Source of the DNA: an uncultured delta proteobacterium
GTDB taxonomy: Bacteria > Myxococcota > UBA727 > VGSZ01
DNA length: 64,000 bases
Assembly: GCA_963775425.1 (NCBI GenBank)
Contig: CAVZJB010000003.1
Span: forward strand, 128,001 to 192,000
Direction of reading: 5' to 3'
Both the position numbers and the translations under genes were made by a program. Shown in pieces: positions 1-8,481 of this stretch (position 1 is the stretch's first letter; each line of letters opens with the position of its first letter). The notes below the pieces were generated by a model that saw nothing but the letters and a program-made list of their open reading frames with translations, ran no database searches and was not told the DNA's origin.

Positions 1-23
1 CTGACGCCGAAGGCGCGCGACTC

Positions 24-1694
24 TCAGTCGAGGCAGGGGATGTCGATCTGTCCGGGGAAGGCGTCGGCGCCCTTGTAGCCGAGGGTGCGCAACACGGCCG
101 AGTAGATGTCGCCCTCGCGCATCCTGGCGGCCGGGTCGGCGACGCCGTTGTCGCGGTCGAAGCCGAACGTATTGAGCGTGGCGAGGTCCACGCCGCCGTA
201 GACGCCGGGTCGGATGTGGGGCGACAGGATGACGTTGCCGTTGTTGAGGTTGTGGCCGGTGGAGACCTGGGACGTCGAGTCCAGCGGCTGCCCCGCGCTG
301 TTGCGCACTTTGTCGCGGCCGAAGTCGGTGGCGATGTAGATGGTGCTCCTGTCCCACATCGTCTCGCCCGTGCCGTCGTTGCAGCCGGTGGCCTTCAACA
401 GCGTGATGAGCTTGTCCGCGACGTCGAGGACGCGCGACCACATGGTGGACTGCGCCGAGACGTGGCTCGTGTGCGAGAAGTCGAATGACAGCGGCGGGTT
501 GACGTCGAGGGTGTCGACGTTCGCGGTGAGCTGCGGACCGAACGCCATGGCGCACGAAAGCCCGAAGCGCGCGAGCAGGAACGCCAGACACGCTTGCGCG
601 AGGAGCGGATCGACGAACACGCGCGTGCCAGGATCGAGGTTCGGCAGGCCCACGGGGTCGAACGCGCGGCGCACCTCCTCGGTGCCCGGCGCGGGCGCGA
701 GCCCGAACGTCGACAACGGCTGAAACTGCGGGCCCAGGATCTCGGGCAGGTCGTTCTCGGCGATGAGCGTGAGGTTGGTGATGAGGGACTGCGTCTCCAT
801 GTCGAGGTCCACGCCGTGCCTGCGCTCGTAGAGCTTCTGTCGAAGCGGCGAGCACTGGAACGTCTTTCCGAACACGGAGGCGTCGTCGAGCTGGTCGCGC
901 ACGCCGCGCGCGCGGGACAGGAGATCGCGCGCGCGCGCGAGCGTGGCGTCGTCCACGGCCGCGTGCTGGCCGCCGGCGTTCGGCACCGTGCCGGGCGCGC
1001 CGACCAGGCCGCGCAGGCCGTCGGTGGACAGCGAGAAGAAGCGCGCGTCGGCGACGATCTCCTGCTGCGCACGCTCCGGCAGCGAGCCGTCGGCGCCGGG
1101 CTCCAGGTAGCCGCCGGAGGTCATGTTGATGTTCGGCAGGAGCAGCGACTGCCCGTGGCGCGACGCGACCTCCTCGAGGAGCGTTCGACCGTTGTTGATG
1201 CCGAAGCCGTTCATGGAGCGCTTCTGCGCGACGAGGTGGTTGACGCTGGTGCCCTCCATGGTGAGCACGGCGAGGTCGTCCTTGAAGCGCGACAGGAACG
1301 TCGACTGCGCGTAGTCGGTTCCGGTGCCGAAGCCGCCGAGGTACGTGCGGAAGCTCTGCGGCAGGTCGAGCGCGCGCAGGCCGGTGGCGGCGTCGACGGT
1401 GATGAATTCGTCGGGGTAGCAGATGAACGAGCTCGGGTCCGACGTGACCTCGCTCTCCTTCACGGCCAGGAAGCTGTCGACGATGGACGCGCCGCCGCCG
1501 CCCGAGATGACGAAGAGGAGCTTGTCTGCCACCGGCAGCGGGCCGGCGCTCTGCGCGCGCGCCTTGGTGGAGAGCGCCTCGAACATGGCGAGGCTGTAGG
1601 CGGCGGTGCCGGCCATCTTGAGGAAGGACCGGCGGGAGCAGCCGAGAGACTTTCGACCGGAGCGAGCGGCCGCGCTGGAGATGGGGCGAGGCAT
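24..1694 (-). CDS. Tat-exported DUF1501/DUF1552-like protein
   Basis: Start moved to MPRPISS (AGGAAGGAG RBS upstream). Twin-arginine motif SRRSFLK, and a C-terminal TIYIATDFGR...TGH pattern typical of DUF1501-like proteins. Last gene of a 3-gene operon. Confidence 0.65.
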   Translation of the reverse strand: MPRPISSAAARSGRKSLGCSRRSFLKMAGTAAYSLAMFEALSTKARAQSAGPLPVADKLLFVISGGGGASIVDSFLAVKESEVTSDPSSFICYPDEFITVDAATGLRALDLPQSFRTYLGGFGTGTDYAQSTFLSRFKDDLAVLTMEGTSVNHLVAQKRSMNGFGINNGRTLLEEVASRHGQSLLLPNINMTSGGYLEPGADGSLPERAQQEIVADARFFSLSTDGLRGLVGAPGTVPNAGGQHAAVDDATLARARDLLSRARGVRDQLDDASVFGKTFQCSPLRQKLYERRHGVDLDMETQSLITNLTLIAENDLPEILGPQFQPLSTFGLAPAPGTEEVRRAFDPVGLPNLDPGTRVFVDPLLAQACLAFLLARFGLSCAMAFGPQLTANVDTLDVNPPLSFDFSHTSHVSAQSTMWSRVLDVADKLITLLKATGCNDGTGETMWDRSTIYIATDFGRDKVRNSAGQPLDSTSQVSTGHNLNNGNVILSPHIRPGVYGGVDLATLNTFGFDRDNGVADPAARMREGDIYSAVLRTLGYKGADAFPGQIDIPCLD

Positions 1695-1707
1695 CGTGCG
1701 CTCCTTC

Positions 1708-2445
1708 CTATTGGAACAAGAACTCGCTCGTGGAGGCCACGGCGTAACAAGCCATCTTGGCGAAGTCGCGCGGCGGCACGGGCACGCCCGAGACGTCCTC
1801 GGTGAGCGAGGCGACGAGAGACAGCTCCTCCTCGGTGGGGTCGCGTGCGAGGAGGCGGTGATAGAGCTCGGTGACGTCGTCACGAACGGCGGGATCGTCG
1901 GCCGACAGCGACGGCGCGGCGAAGTCGATGCTCTTCCACACCACCTTCTGCACGACGCCGAGCGCCTCGGCGTCGGCGCGGATGCCGCACGCCGAGAGGA
2001 TGACGCGGTCCGTGGACAGCGGCGTGGTGGCGCCCGGCGCGGCCAGCGGCTTGTAGAGCCCCGACTTCACCGGATCGTTTTCGCCGAGCGGGACCTGATG
2101 GATGAGGTTGAAGCACGTGCCGGGGAGGCCGAGCTCGGAGCACACCGTGTTCTTGTCGAGCGTCAGCGCCTGCATGAGGTCGTTCTGCAGGGCGGTGGCG
2201 CGCTTCCAGCGCAGGTCGGCCTTGGCGGAGATGGCGAAGCCCGGGCCCTGATCGACGGGCACGCAGGCGTTGGTGGGCTCGCCCTCGCCCTCTCCCTCGC
2301 CCTCGCCTTCGCCTTCGCCCTCGCCCTCGCCGGGGGGCGGCGGCGCCGCGGGGCCCGTGCAGCCGCCGCACGACGACGACAGCGCGCCGGCCACGAGCAG
2401 CGCCGTGGCGACCCAGGAACCCGGCCATCCGCTCTTCGTCTTCAT
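1708..2445 (-). CDS. Lipoprotein with (Gly-Glu)9 linker and DUF1553/DUF1595-like C-terminal helical domain
   Basis: MKTKSGW...ALSSSC lipobox-like signal, GE repeat, C-terminal LYHRLLARDPTEEE...STSEFLF. ATGA overlap with the upstream gene. Confidence 0.65.
   Translation of the reverse strand: MKTKSGWPGSWVATALLVAGALSSSCGGCTGPAAPPPPGEGEGEGEGEGEGEGEGEPTNACVPVDQGPGFAISAKADLRWKRATALQNDLMQALTLDKNTVCSELGLPGTCFNLIHQVPLGENDPVKSGLYKPLAAPGATTPLSTDRVILSACGIRADAEALGVVQKVVWKSIDFAAPSLSADDPAVRDDVTELYHRLLARDPTEEELSLVASLTEDVSGVPVPPRDFAKMACYAVASTSEFLFQ
2278..2331 (-). repeat. Hexamer repeat GGCGA(G/A) x9 encoding (GE)9
   Basis: Directly visible in DNA and protein. Confidence 0.9.
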
Positions 2446-3866
2446 GGAGCACCGAACGCGTTGGTGTCGACGAGCTTGTGCAGGAATCGGTTCGCGGAGA
2501 ACGCCACCTCGGCCGACGCCCACGACGGCCACAGCGCGTCGAATTCCGCCTTGTCCTGGGGCCCGGGCGGGCGGCCGACGGCCACCACGAAGAACATGCG
2601 CGCGAGGTTCATCTGGAAAGCGTCCGAGGCCGCCGCCACGCCCGCCCACTCACGCAGCGTCGAGACGGGATGGCCGAGGAGCATCCCCTGCGGCTCGGTC
2701 TCCGCGGTCCACAGGCCCTTGGCGATGGGCCGGTTGGGATCGAAGCCCGATGCGCCGCCGGCCTCGATGCCGCGGTACTTGGCGAACACGTAGGTGGCCG
2801 GGTCGAGCGTGGCGTGGCACTGCGCGCACTCCTCCTGCTGCACGCCCTTGCCGTCGACGTCGAGGGGCTCATTGACGACGGGGTTGATGCCCTGCTGCCG
2901 CGCGATGTCCATGCCGAGGTACGCGCGCATCGCCTGCGCCGCCGTGGTGCGCGGCATGGCCGAGAACATGGTGTTGATGAAGTGGAACCACTGCGTGCCG
3001 ATCATGCCCGCGCGCTGGTCGCGCTCGAGCGGCTGGCCGCCGTCGTTGAGCTTGCACGCGCCGCTGTCGCAGTGGCTGTCGAAGGCGCAGTCGCTGTTTG
3101 CGTTGCACGCGCTGTTGTCGTCGACGACGTCGTCGACCTGCACGAGCTGGCCCTCGACGGGCTCGCGCACGTGGTAGTCGGCGAGCAGGAGGTCGCGCAC
3201 GTCGCGGTCGCCGGTGAGGACGTAGCGCCACAACCGGTAGTCCCAGAGGAACGACGTGCCGAGGTCGATGGGCTTGATGCGCTCGTCGGCGAGGTGCGCG
3301 AGGCCGTCGCCGGTCCAGTAGTCGGAGCCGAGGCACTCGTCGAGCTTGTCGTGGACGAAGGCGCGGCCGTCGGCGGCGGCGGCGAGCGCCTGCATCTCGT
3401 CGTACGTCGGCGAGCGTCCGCAGAAGGCGACCATCATGCGCCGCATGGCGAACGCGGGATCCCAGTTGCCGACGTCGTAGACGGGGTTCGGATCGCCGAT
3501 GCCCGGCGGCGGAGGGACGTAATACGACGTGGCGTCGCCGGGGAGCGTGCCGAGGATGATCTCCTCGAGGTTCGTGAGGCCGTCGCCGTCGTCGTCGTCG
3601 GCCTCTACGGCGTGGAGCGCGTCTTCGAGGGCGCCGGGTTCGTCGAAGGGCGCGGTGAGCGATCCGAGGACATGGATGCCGTACGCGTTCCAGTCCGGCG
3701 CCTGCGGGGACGTGCTCGTGTGACAGAGCGTGCACGTGGTGCCGCGCCCGGCGCAGGTCGAGGACTCCGGGTAGACCGCGCAGAAGCGCGACGGCCCCGT
3801 GGGGCGCGCGTCGGCGGACGCGGCGGCGAGCGCGGAGACGAGGAAGACGAGTGCGGCGCTGCGCAT
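2442..3866 (-). CDS. Secreted c-type cytochrome-like protein (2 CxxCH) with Ca-binding acidic motif and Cys-rich module
   Basis: Signal peptide MRSAALVFLVSALAAASADA. CTLCH and CAQCH motifs, DDDDGDGLTNLEE (thrombospondin-3-like), CNANSDCAFDSHCDSGAC. Confidence 0.7.
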   Translation of the reverse strand: MRSAALVFLVSALAAASADARPTGPSRFCAVYPESSTCAGRGTTCTLCHTSTSPQAPDWNAYGIHVLGSLTAPFDEPGALEDALHAVEADDDDGDGLTNLEEIILGTLPGDATSYYVPPPPGIGDPNPVYDVGNWDPAFAMRRMMVAFCGRSPTYDEMQALAAAADGRAFVHDKLDECLGSDYWTGDGLAHLADERIKPIDLGTSFLWDYRLWRYVLTGDRDVRDLLLADYHVREPVEGQLVQVDDVVDDNSACNANSDCAFDSHCDSGACKLNDGGQPLERDQRAGMIGTQWFHFINTMFSAMPRTTAAQAMRAYLGMDIARQQGINPVVNEPLDVDGKGVQQEECAQCHATLDPATYVFAKYRGIEAGGASGFDPNRPIAKGLWTAETEPQGMLLGHPVSTLREWAGVAAASDAFQMNLARMFFVVAVGRPPGPQDKAEFDALWPSWASAEVAFSANRFLHKLVDTNAFGAP

Positions 3867-3931
3867 GCGGAAGGATACCCCTTGGGACACCGACACCACC
3901 GCACGTCCCGGTAGAAACATCGAGGCGCACA

Positions 3932-3947
3932 AGCCGGATCCGTGCCA
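3932..3947 (-). promoter_or_regulatory. Possible sigma54 -24/-12 promoter for the cytochrome operon
   Basis: Minus strand TGGCACGGATCCGGCT (GG-N10-GC; the TT before GC is replaced by CG), about 65 bp upstream of the start. Confidence 0.3.
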
Positions 3948-4035
3948 CGCCCCGGTGTCCCCGTGCGGCGGTCCCGCGCGCATGGTGGGGTGCGGCGTCG
4001 AGGTCGCGCTGCTGCACACCCGAGGCAGCGGCGGC

Positions 4036-4051
4036 GTCATGAAAGCTTCAT
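4036..4051 (+). promoter_or_regulatory. Possible OmpR/PhoB-type direct repeat box
   Basis: gTCAT-gaaagc-tTCAT, 11-bp periodicity, upstream of the PepSY-like gene. Confidence 0.3.
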
Positions 4052-4104
4052 CCGCGGCGCGCGGGCCGAACCCGTAGGGTGCCGTGAGGAAGTGGAGGAC
4101 ACAC

Positions 4105-4599
4105 ATGAGAGCTCTCGGATGGGCAAGCATCGCCGGCGTCGCCGGCCTCGCGCTGGGCGCGTCGATCGGCGTCGCCGCGGAGCAGGGGGAGGAGGCGGGT
4201 GACGTGCCGGTGGCGGTGAAGGACATCCCCGCCGCCGTGCGCACCGTCGCCGACCGTTACGCCGGGGGGAAGAAGCTCGAGCGCGCGGTGATCGCCGACG
4301 AGGACGGTCTCTCCGTGTACGAGTTGCACTACGCCGGCGGCCTCGAGGTGCAGACCACGAAGAGCGGCGACTTCTTCGCACGCGAGGAGAAGGTGCCGGA
4401 GAGCGCCGTGCCCGCGCTCGTCAAAGAGCGCGCCGCGAAGCTGTTGTCGCCGGGCGCCAAGGTGAGCTTCGAGCGCACGCTCTCCGTCTTCTACGAGGCC
4501 GCGGCGCGTGACGCCAAGGGCCGCGAGCGCGAGGTCCTCGTCAACCCCGCGGGCGCGGCGTTTCAGGAGATCGCCGGCGGCGTCCGCGAACAGCGCTGA
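4105..4599 (+). CDS. Secreted PepSY-like/BLIP-like two-repeat protein
   Basis: GGAGG RBS, signal peptide, two repeats of IPAAVR/VPALVK...YE. Confidence 0.6.
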   Translation: MRALGWASIAGVAGLALGASIGVAAEQGEEAGDVPVAVKDIPAAVRTVADRYAGGKKLERAVIADEDGLSVYELHYAGGLEVQTTKSGDFFAREEKVPESAVPALVKERAAKLLSPGAKVSFERTLSVFYEAAARDAKGREREVLVNPAGAAFQEIAGGVREQR

Positions 4600-4623
4600 G
4601 CGGGCGCGCTCTGGGCGGCCAGG

Positions 4624-5268
4624 TCACCCGAGGAGCGCGAGGTCGCCGGCGGCGTCGCGCACCCGGGGGCGCAGCGCGCCGACGACGGCGGCGGTGCCCG
4701 GCGGGGGGCTCGCGAGGCCGGCGCGGCGGCAGACGCCGGCGAGCGCGCCGACGACGCCTTCGTCGGTGCCGTACGACTCGAGGAAGCGGGCGCGGCGGAA
4801 GCGGACGGCGAGCGTCTCGAAGCCCTCGAGCGGGCGCGCGGTGAAGGCGCGGGCGCACGCCGCGAGGTGCGCGTCGTCGAGGGCGTCGAGGGCGTCGTAG
4901 TAGCGGGCGATGGAGCCGGGCCTCCGCTCCTCGATGCACGCGTCGAGGAGCATCTCCACGGCGATGTGCCCGAGCGTGGTGGCGCGCAAACGCGGGTCGT
5001 CGGAGAGCGCGCGGATGGCGTGCACCGCCTCGTCGCTCAGCGCCCCGAACACCGGGAGCGTGTGGAAGCGCAGGTCGTCGTCGTGGTGGCGGAGGGCGCC
5101 GTCGCGCAGCCGCGCCTGCGGCGACCCGCGCGGCAGCTCCAACGCGCGCAGGGCGGCCGGGCGGACGCGCGCGCGCTTGTCGACGACGCGCAGCCAGTCG
5201 GGCAGGGACGTCCCCGCGACGAGCCAGGGATCGTCGAGGACGGCGACGGCGTGCGCGAGGTAGTTCAT
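4624..5268 (-). CDS. ACP phosphodiesterase (AcpH)-like protein
   Basis: N-terminal MNYLAH, G..LPD, H..DD..FH and GHIAVEMLLD motifs. Confidence 0.6.
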   Translation of the reverse strand: MNYLAHAVAVLDDPWLVAGTSLPDWLRVVDKRARVRPAALRALELPRGSPQARLRDGALRHHDDDLRFHTLPVFGALSDEAVHAIRALSDDPRLRATTLGHIAVEMLLDACIEERRPGSIARYYDALDALDDAHLAACARAFTARPLEGFETLAVRFRRARFLESYGTDEGVVGALAGVCRRAGLASPPPGTAAVVGALRPRVRDAAGDLALLG

Positions 5269-5299
5269 CGGCGCGGCAGCAGCGCGGCCGGTCTGCGCA

Positions 5300-5656
5300 T
5301 CACTTGCCGACGGCCTTGCGGATCTCGGTCTTCTGCTGCACGAGCAGGCCCTGCGCGTCGAAGACGAATTCCTCGGCCGTCTCCTGCTCGCCGAAGACGG
5401 AGCCGGCCTGCCGCACGTACACCCAGGTCTTTCCGCCCTTGTCGTTGTCCGTGACGTCGAGGGGGTTGCCCTGGTTGCGCAGCGTCTGCTGCTGCGCCAC
5501 CGACAGCAGCGCCGGCCCCGACTCTCGCGGATCGCGCATGCCGCAGCCGATGGGCCCGGGCATCTCGTAGGGCATCTTCACGGGGTGGCACCCCGTCGCT
5601 GCGACGGGCACGGCGAGCGTGAAGCCGAGGGAGAGGGCGAGGGCGAGCTTGCGCAT
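5300..5656 (-). CDS. Small lipoprotein, SmpA/BamE-like fold
   Basis: Lipobox AATGC; GNP...TWVY...FVFDAQG pattern. Confidence 0.55.
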   Translation of the reverse strand: MRKLALALSLGFTLAVPVAATGCHPVKMPYEMPGPIGCGMRDPRESGPALLSVAQQQTLRNQGNPLDVTDNDKGGKTWVYVRQAGSVFGEQETAEEFVFDAQGLLVQQKTEIRKAVGK

Positions 5657-5679
5657 CCCGGGGATCTAACACGTTGCGA

Positions 5680-5708
5680 TTGACACGCCGCGACGCAATG
5701 CCTACGTT
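5680..5708 (+). promoter_or_regulatory. sigma70-type promoter
   Basis: TTGACA (5680-5685), 17 bp spacer, TACGTT (5703-5708). Confidence 0.65.
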
Positions 5709-5719
5709 CCTGCCTGAAC

Positions 5720-5737
5720 ATTGACATTCAAGTCAAT
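5720..5737. promoter_or_regulatory. Palindromic operator ATTGAC-N6-GTCAAT
   Basis: Perfect 6-bp inverted repeat just downstream of the -10 box, AT-rich against a very GC-rich background. Confidence 0.6.
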
Positions 5738-5750
5738 CGGGAGAGAGTTC

Positions 5751-6071
5751 ATGTCCAACGTCGAGCAAGTCTTCACCGAGATGAACGGCCGCCTCAACGC
5801 CGACAAGGCCAAGAAGATCAACGCCACGTACCTCTTCGACATCGGAGGCGACGACGGCGGCAAGTGGTTCGCCGACCTCACCCGCGCCGAGGGCCCGTGG
5901 ATCGAGAAGAAGGACGGCGAGGCCAAGTGCACCATCACCGTGCCGAAGGGTGAGGACTGGGTCGCCATCGCCAGCGGCAAGATGAACGCCACCTCGGCCT
6001 TCATGCAGGGCAAGATCAAGGTGAAGGGCGACATGTCGCTCGCGATGAAGCTGCAGACGCTCCTGTCCTGA
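5751..6071 (+). CDS. SCP2 sterol/lipid-binding domain protein
   Basis: ATYLFDIGGDDGGKW...AFMQGKIKVKGDMSLAMKL is the SCP2 signature. Confidence 0.9.
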   Translation: MSNVEQVFTEMNGRLNADKAKKINATYLFDIGGDDGGKWFADLTRAEGPWIEKKDGEAKCTITVPKGEDWVAIASGKMNATSAFMQGKIKVKGDMSLAMKLQTLLS

Positions 6072-6072
6072 G

Positions 6073-7170
6073 ATGAGCCCGCTTCACGGGGTCCGGGTCG
6101 TCGACCTCTCGAGGTTGCTGCCCGGACCTTTTTGCACGCAGATGCTCGTCGACCTCGGCGCCGAGGTCATCAAGGTCGAAGACCCGGCCGGCGGCGACTA
6201 TCTGCGCCACATGCCGCCGCAGCTCGACGACGGCACCTGCGTCCTCTTTCACGCGCTGAACCGCGGCAAGAAGTCCGTCACGCTCGACCTCAAGAGCGCC
6301 GCCGACGCCGCGCGCTTCGACAAGCTCATCGCCGGCGCCGACGTCGTCGTCGAGAGCTTTCGGCCCGGCGTGCTGGAGAAGCTCGGCTTCGCGCCGGCGC
6401 AGATGAAGGCGCGTCACCCGCGCCTCGTCGTCGCCAGCATCAGCGGCTACGGCCAGGACGGCCCGTACAGGAAGAAGGCCGGCCACGACGTCAACTACCT
6501 CGCCCGGGCCGGCGCGCTCGGCATGATGAAGGAGCCGACGCTCTTGCCCGTGCAGGTCGCGGACCTCGCCGGGGGCGCGCTGCCCGCGGCCGTCCAGATC
6601 CTGGCGGCCCTCGTCGGGCGCGCGCGCACGGGGGAGGGCGCGGTCATCGACGTGAGCATGATGGGCGGCGTCGCCGGCCTCTTGTCATCGTCGTTCGCGC
6701 GCGCGGCGGCCGGCGAGGGCCCGCTCGGCGGCGGCCGCGACGTGCTCGTCGGGCGCGTGCCCTGCTACGGCGTGTACCCGACCAAGGACGGGCACATCGC
6801 GGTGGGCGCGCTCGAGCCCAAGTTCTGGCAGGGCTTGTGCGCGGCGCTCGAGATGCCCGATCTGCTCGACCGCGGCATGGACACCGGGGACGCCGGTGAC
6901 GAGGTGCGCGCGCTCCTGTCGGCGCGCTTCGCGGCACAGACCGGCGCCGCGTGGACCACCGAGCTCGCAGCGCACGACGTCTGCGTCGAGGTGGTGCGCA
7001 CGCCCGAGGAGGCGCTCGCGTCGGGAGAGCTCCTCACCGTCGACGTCGACGTCGCGGGCAAGCGCGTGCGGCTGCCGGTGCCGGCGCTCGGCATCGTGGG
7101 CGCGACGCCGAGCGCGGTGCGCGCGCCCGCCCTCGGCGAGCACAACGACGAGATCCTCGCGGCGCTGTAG
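6073..7170 (+). CDS. CaiB/BaiF class III CoA-transferase (alpha-methylacyl-CoA racemase-like)
   Basis: VVDLSRLLPGP, LNRGKKS, ESFRPGV, GYGQDGP, AGHDVNY motifs. Confidence 0.9.
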   Translation: MSPLHGVRVVDLSRLLPGPFCTQMLVDLGAEVIKVEDPAGGDYLRHMPPQLDDGTCVLFHALNRGKKSVTLDLKSAADAARFDKLIAGADVVVESFRPGVLEKLGFAPAQMKARHPRLVVASISGYGQDGPYRKKAGHDVNYLARAGALGMMKEPTLLPVQVADLAGGALPAAVQILAALVGRARTGEGAVIDVSMMGGVAGLLSSSFARAAAGEGPLGGGRDVLVGRVPCYGVYPTKDGHIAVGALEPKFWQGLCAALEMPDLLDRGMDTGDAGDEVRALLSARFAAQTGAAWTTELAAHDVCVEVVRTPEEALASGELLTVDVDVAGKRVRLPVPALGIVGATPSAVRAPALGEHNDEILAAL

Positions 7171-7227
7171 GTCGCGCGCGCCGTCCGAAGCCGTCCGCCT
7201 CGGCGCGCGGGGCGTGTGCTGATCAAG

Positions 7228-8481
7228 CTAGCGCGTAAACACGCGGCGTCCGCCCGCGACCACGACGTCGACGTGGGGCTCTCCCCATCGGTACACGAGG
7301 TCGAACGGCGACGCACCCGCGAGCACCACGAGGTCCGCGCGCTTCCCCGCCGCGATCACGCCGCGGTCGTCGAGGCCGAGCGCGCGGGCGGCGTTCACGG
7401 TGATGCCGCGCAGCGCTTCCTCCGCCGACAACCCGCTCTGCGTCACGCTCAGTCCGGCGGCGAGCGCGAGGTCCGTGGACATCGCAGTCCCCGGGTTGCA
7501 GTCGGTGCCCACCGCCACCGTGCAGCCGCCGTCGACGAGGGTGCGGCCGGGGATGGCGCGCTGGCCGCGGAGAAACACCTGCGCCAGCGAGAGCACCTCG
7601 CACACGACGCCCGCCTCGGCCAACGCCTCGATGTCGCGCGCGTCGACGTGCTCGAGGTGGCCCGCCGACAGCGCGCCCACCTCCGCCGCCAACAACGCGC
7701 CGCCCTGGTGCGAGAGCTGCTCGGCGTGCACCCGCGCCGCGAGCCCCGCGTCGCGCGCCGCGCGCAGGAGCGTGCGTCCGTCGTCGACGGAGAAGGCGCC
7801 GCCCTCGACGAAGATGTCGCAGGCGCTCGCGAGTCGCTCGCGCGTCACCGCGGGCAGGAGCTCGCGCACGATGGTGTCGATCCACGCGCGCGCGCCGGCG
7901 GCCCCCGCGGCATCGTGCTCCGGCGGCACCGCGTGCGCGGCCAACAGCGTCGACGACACGTCCACCGGCTGCGCCGCGGCGAGCGCGCGGTTGGCGCGGA
8001 GCATCTTCAGCTCGCTGTCGACGTCGAGCCCGTAGCCGCTCTTGATCTCGACGGTGGTCACGCCGCCCGCGAGCATGCGCGCCAGCCGCGGCAGCGTCTG
8101 TTCGACGAGCTCCCGCTCCGTGGCCGCGCGGACCCCGCGCATGGTCGAGCGGATGCCGCCGCCCGCGGTCATGATCTGCTGGTAGGTCTCTCCCCGTGCG
8201 CGCCGGGCAAACTCGTCGGCGCGGTCGCCGGTGAAGACGACGTGCGTGTGGCAATCGATGAAGCCGGGCATCGCGCAGCGGCCCGCCGCGTCGACGCGCG
8301 TCCCTCCTTCGGCGAGCGCGTCCGCGGGCGCGGCCGCGCGAGGTCCCGCCCAGGCGATGCGGTCGCCGTCGACGAGGACCGCCGCGTCACGCACGACGCC
8401 GAGGCCGTGCGGCGCCCCGCCGTCCATGGTGACGAGGGCGCCGATGTTGTCGACGACGAGCGTGGCGCGCAGCATGGTCAC
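7228..8481 (-). CDS. hutI: Imidazolonepropionase
   Basis: PGFIDCHTH, GGGIRST, EIKSGYGL, HAEQL, TDCNPG motifs. Confidence 0.95.
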   Translation of the reverse strand: MTMLRATLVVDNIGALVTMDGGAPHGLGVVRDAAVLVDGDRIAWAGPRAAAPADALAEGGTRVDAAGRCAMPGFIDCHTHVVFTGDRADEFARRARGETYQQIMTAGGGIRSTMRGVRAATERELVEQTLPRLARMLAGGVTTVEIKSGYGLDVDSELKMLRANRALAAAQPVDVSSTLLAAHAVPPEHDAAGAAGARAWIDTIVRELLPAVTRERLASACDIFVEGGAFSVDDGRTLLRAARDAGLAARVHAEQLSHQGGALLAAEVGALSAGHLEHVDARDIEALAEAGVVCEVLSLAQVFLRGQRAIPGRTLVDGGCTVAVGTDCNPGTAMSTDLALAAGLSVTQSGLSAEEALRGITVNAARALGLDDRGVIAAGKRADLVVLAGASPFDLVYRWGEPHVDVVVAGGRRVFTR

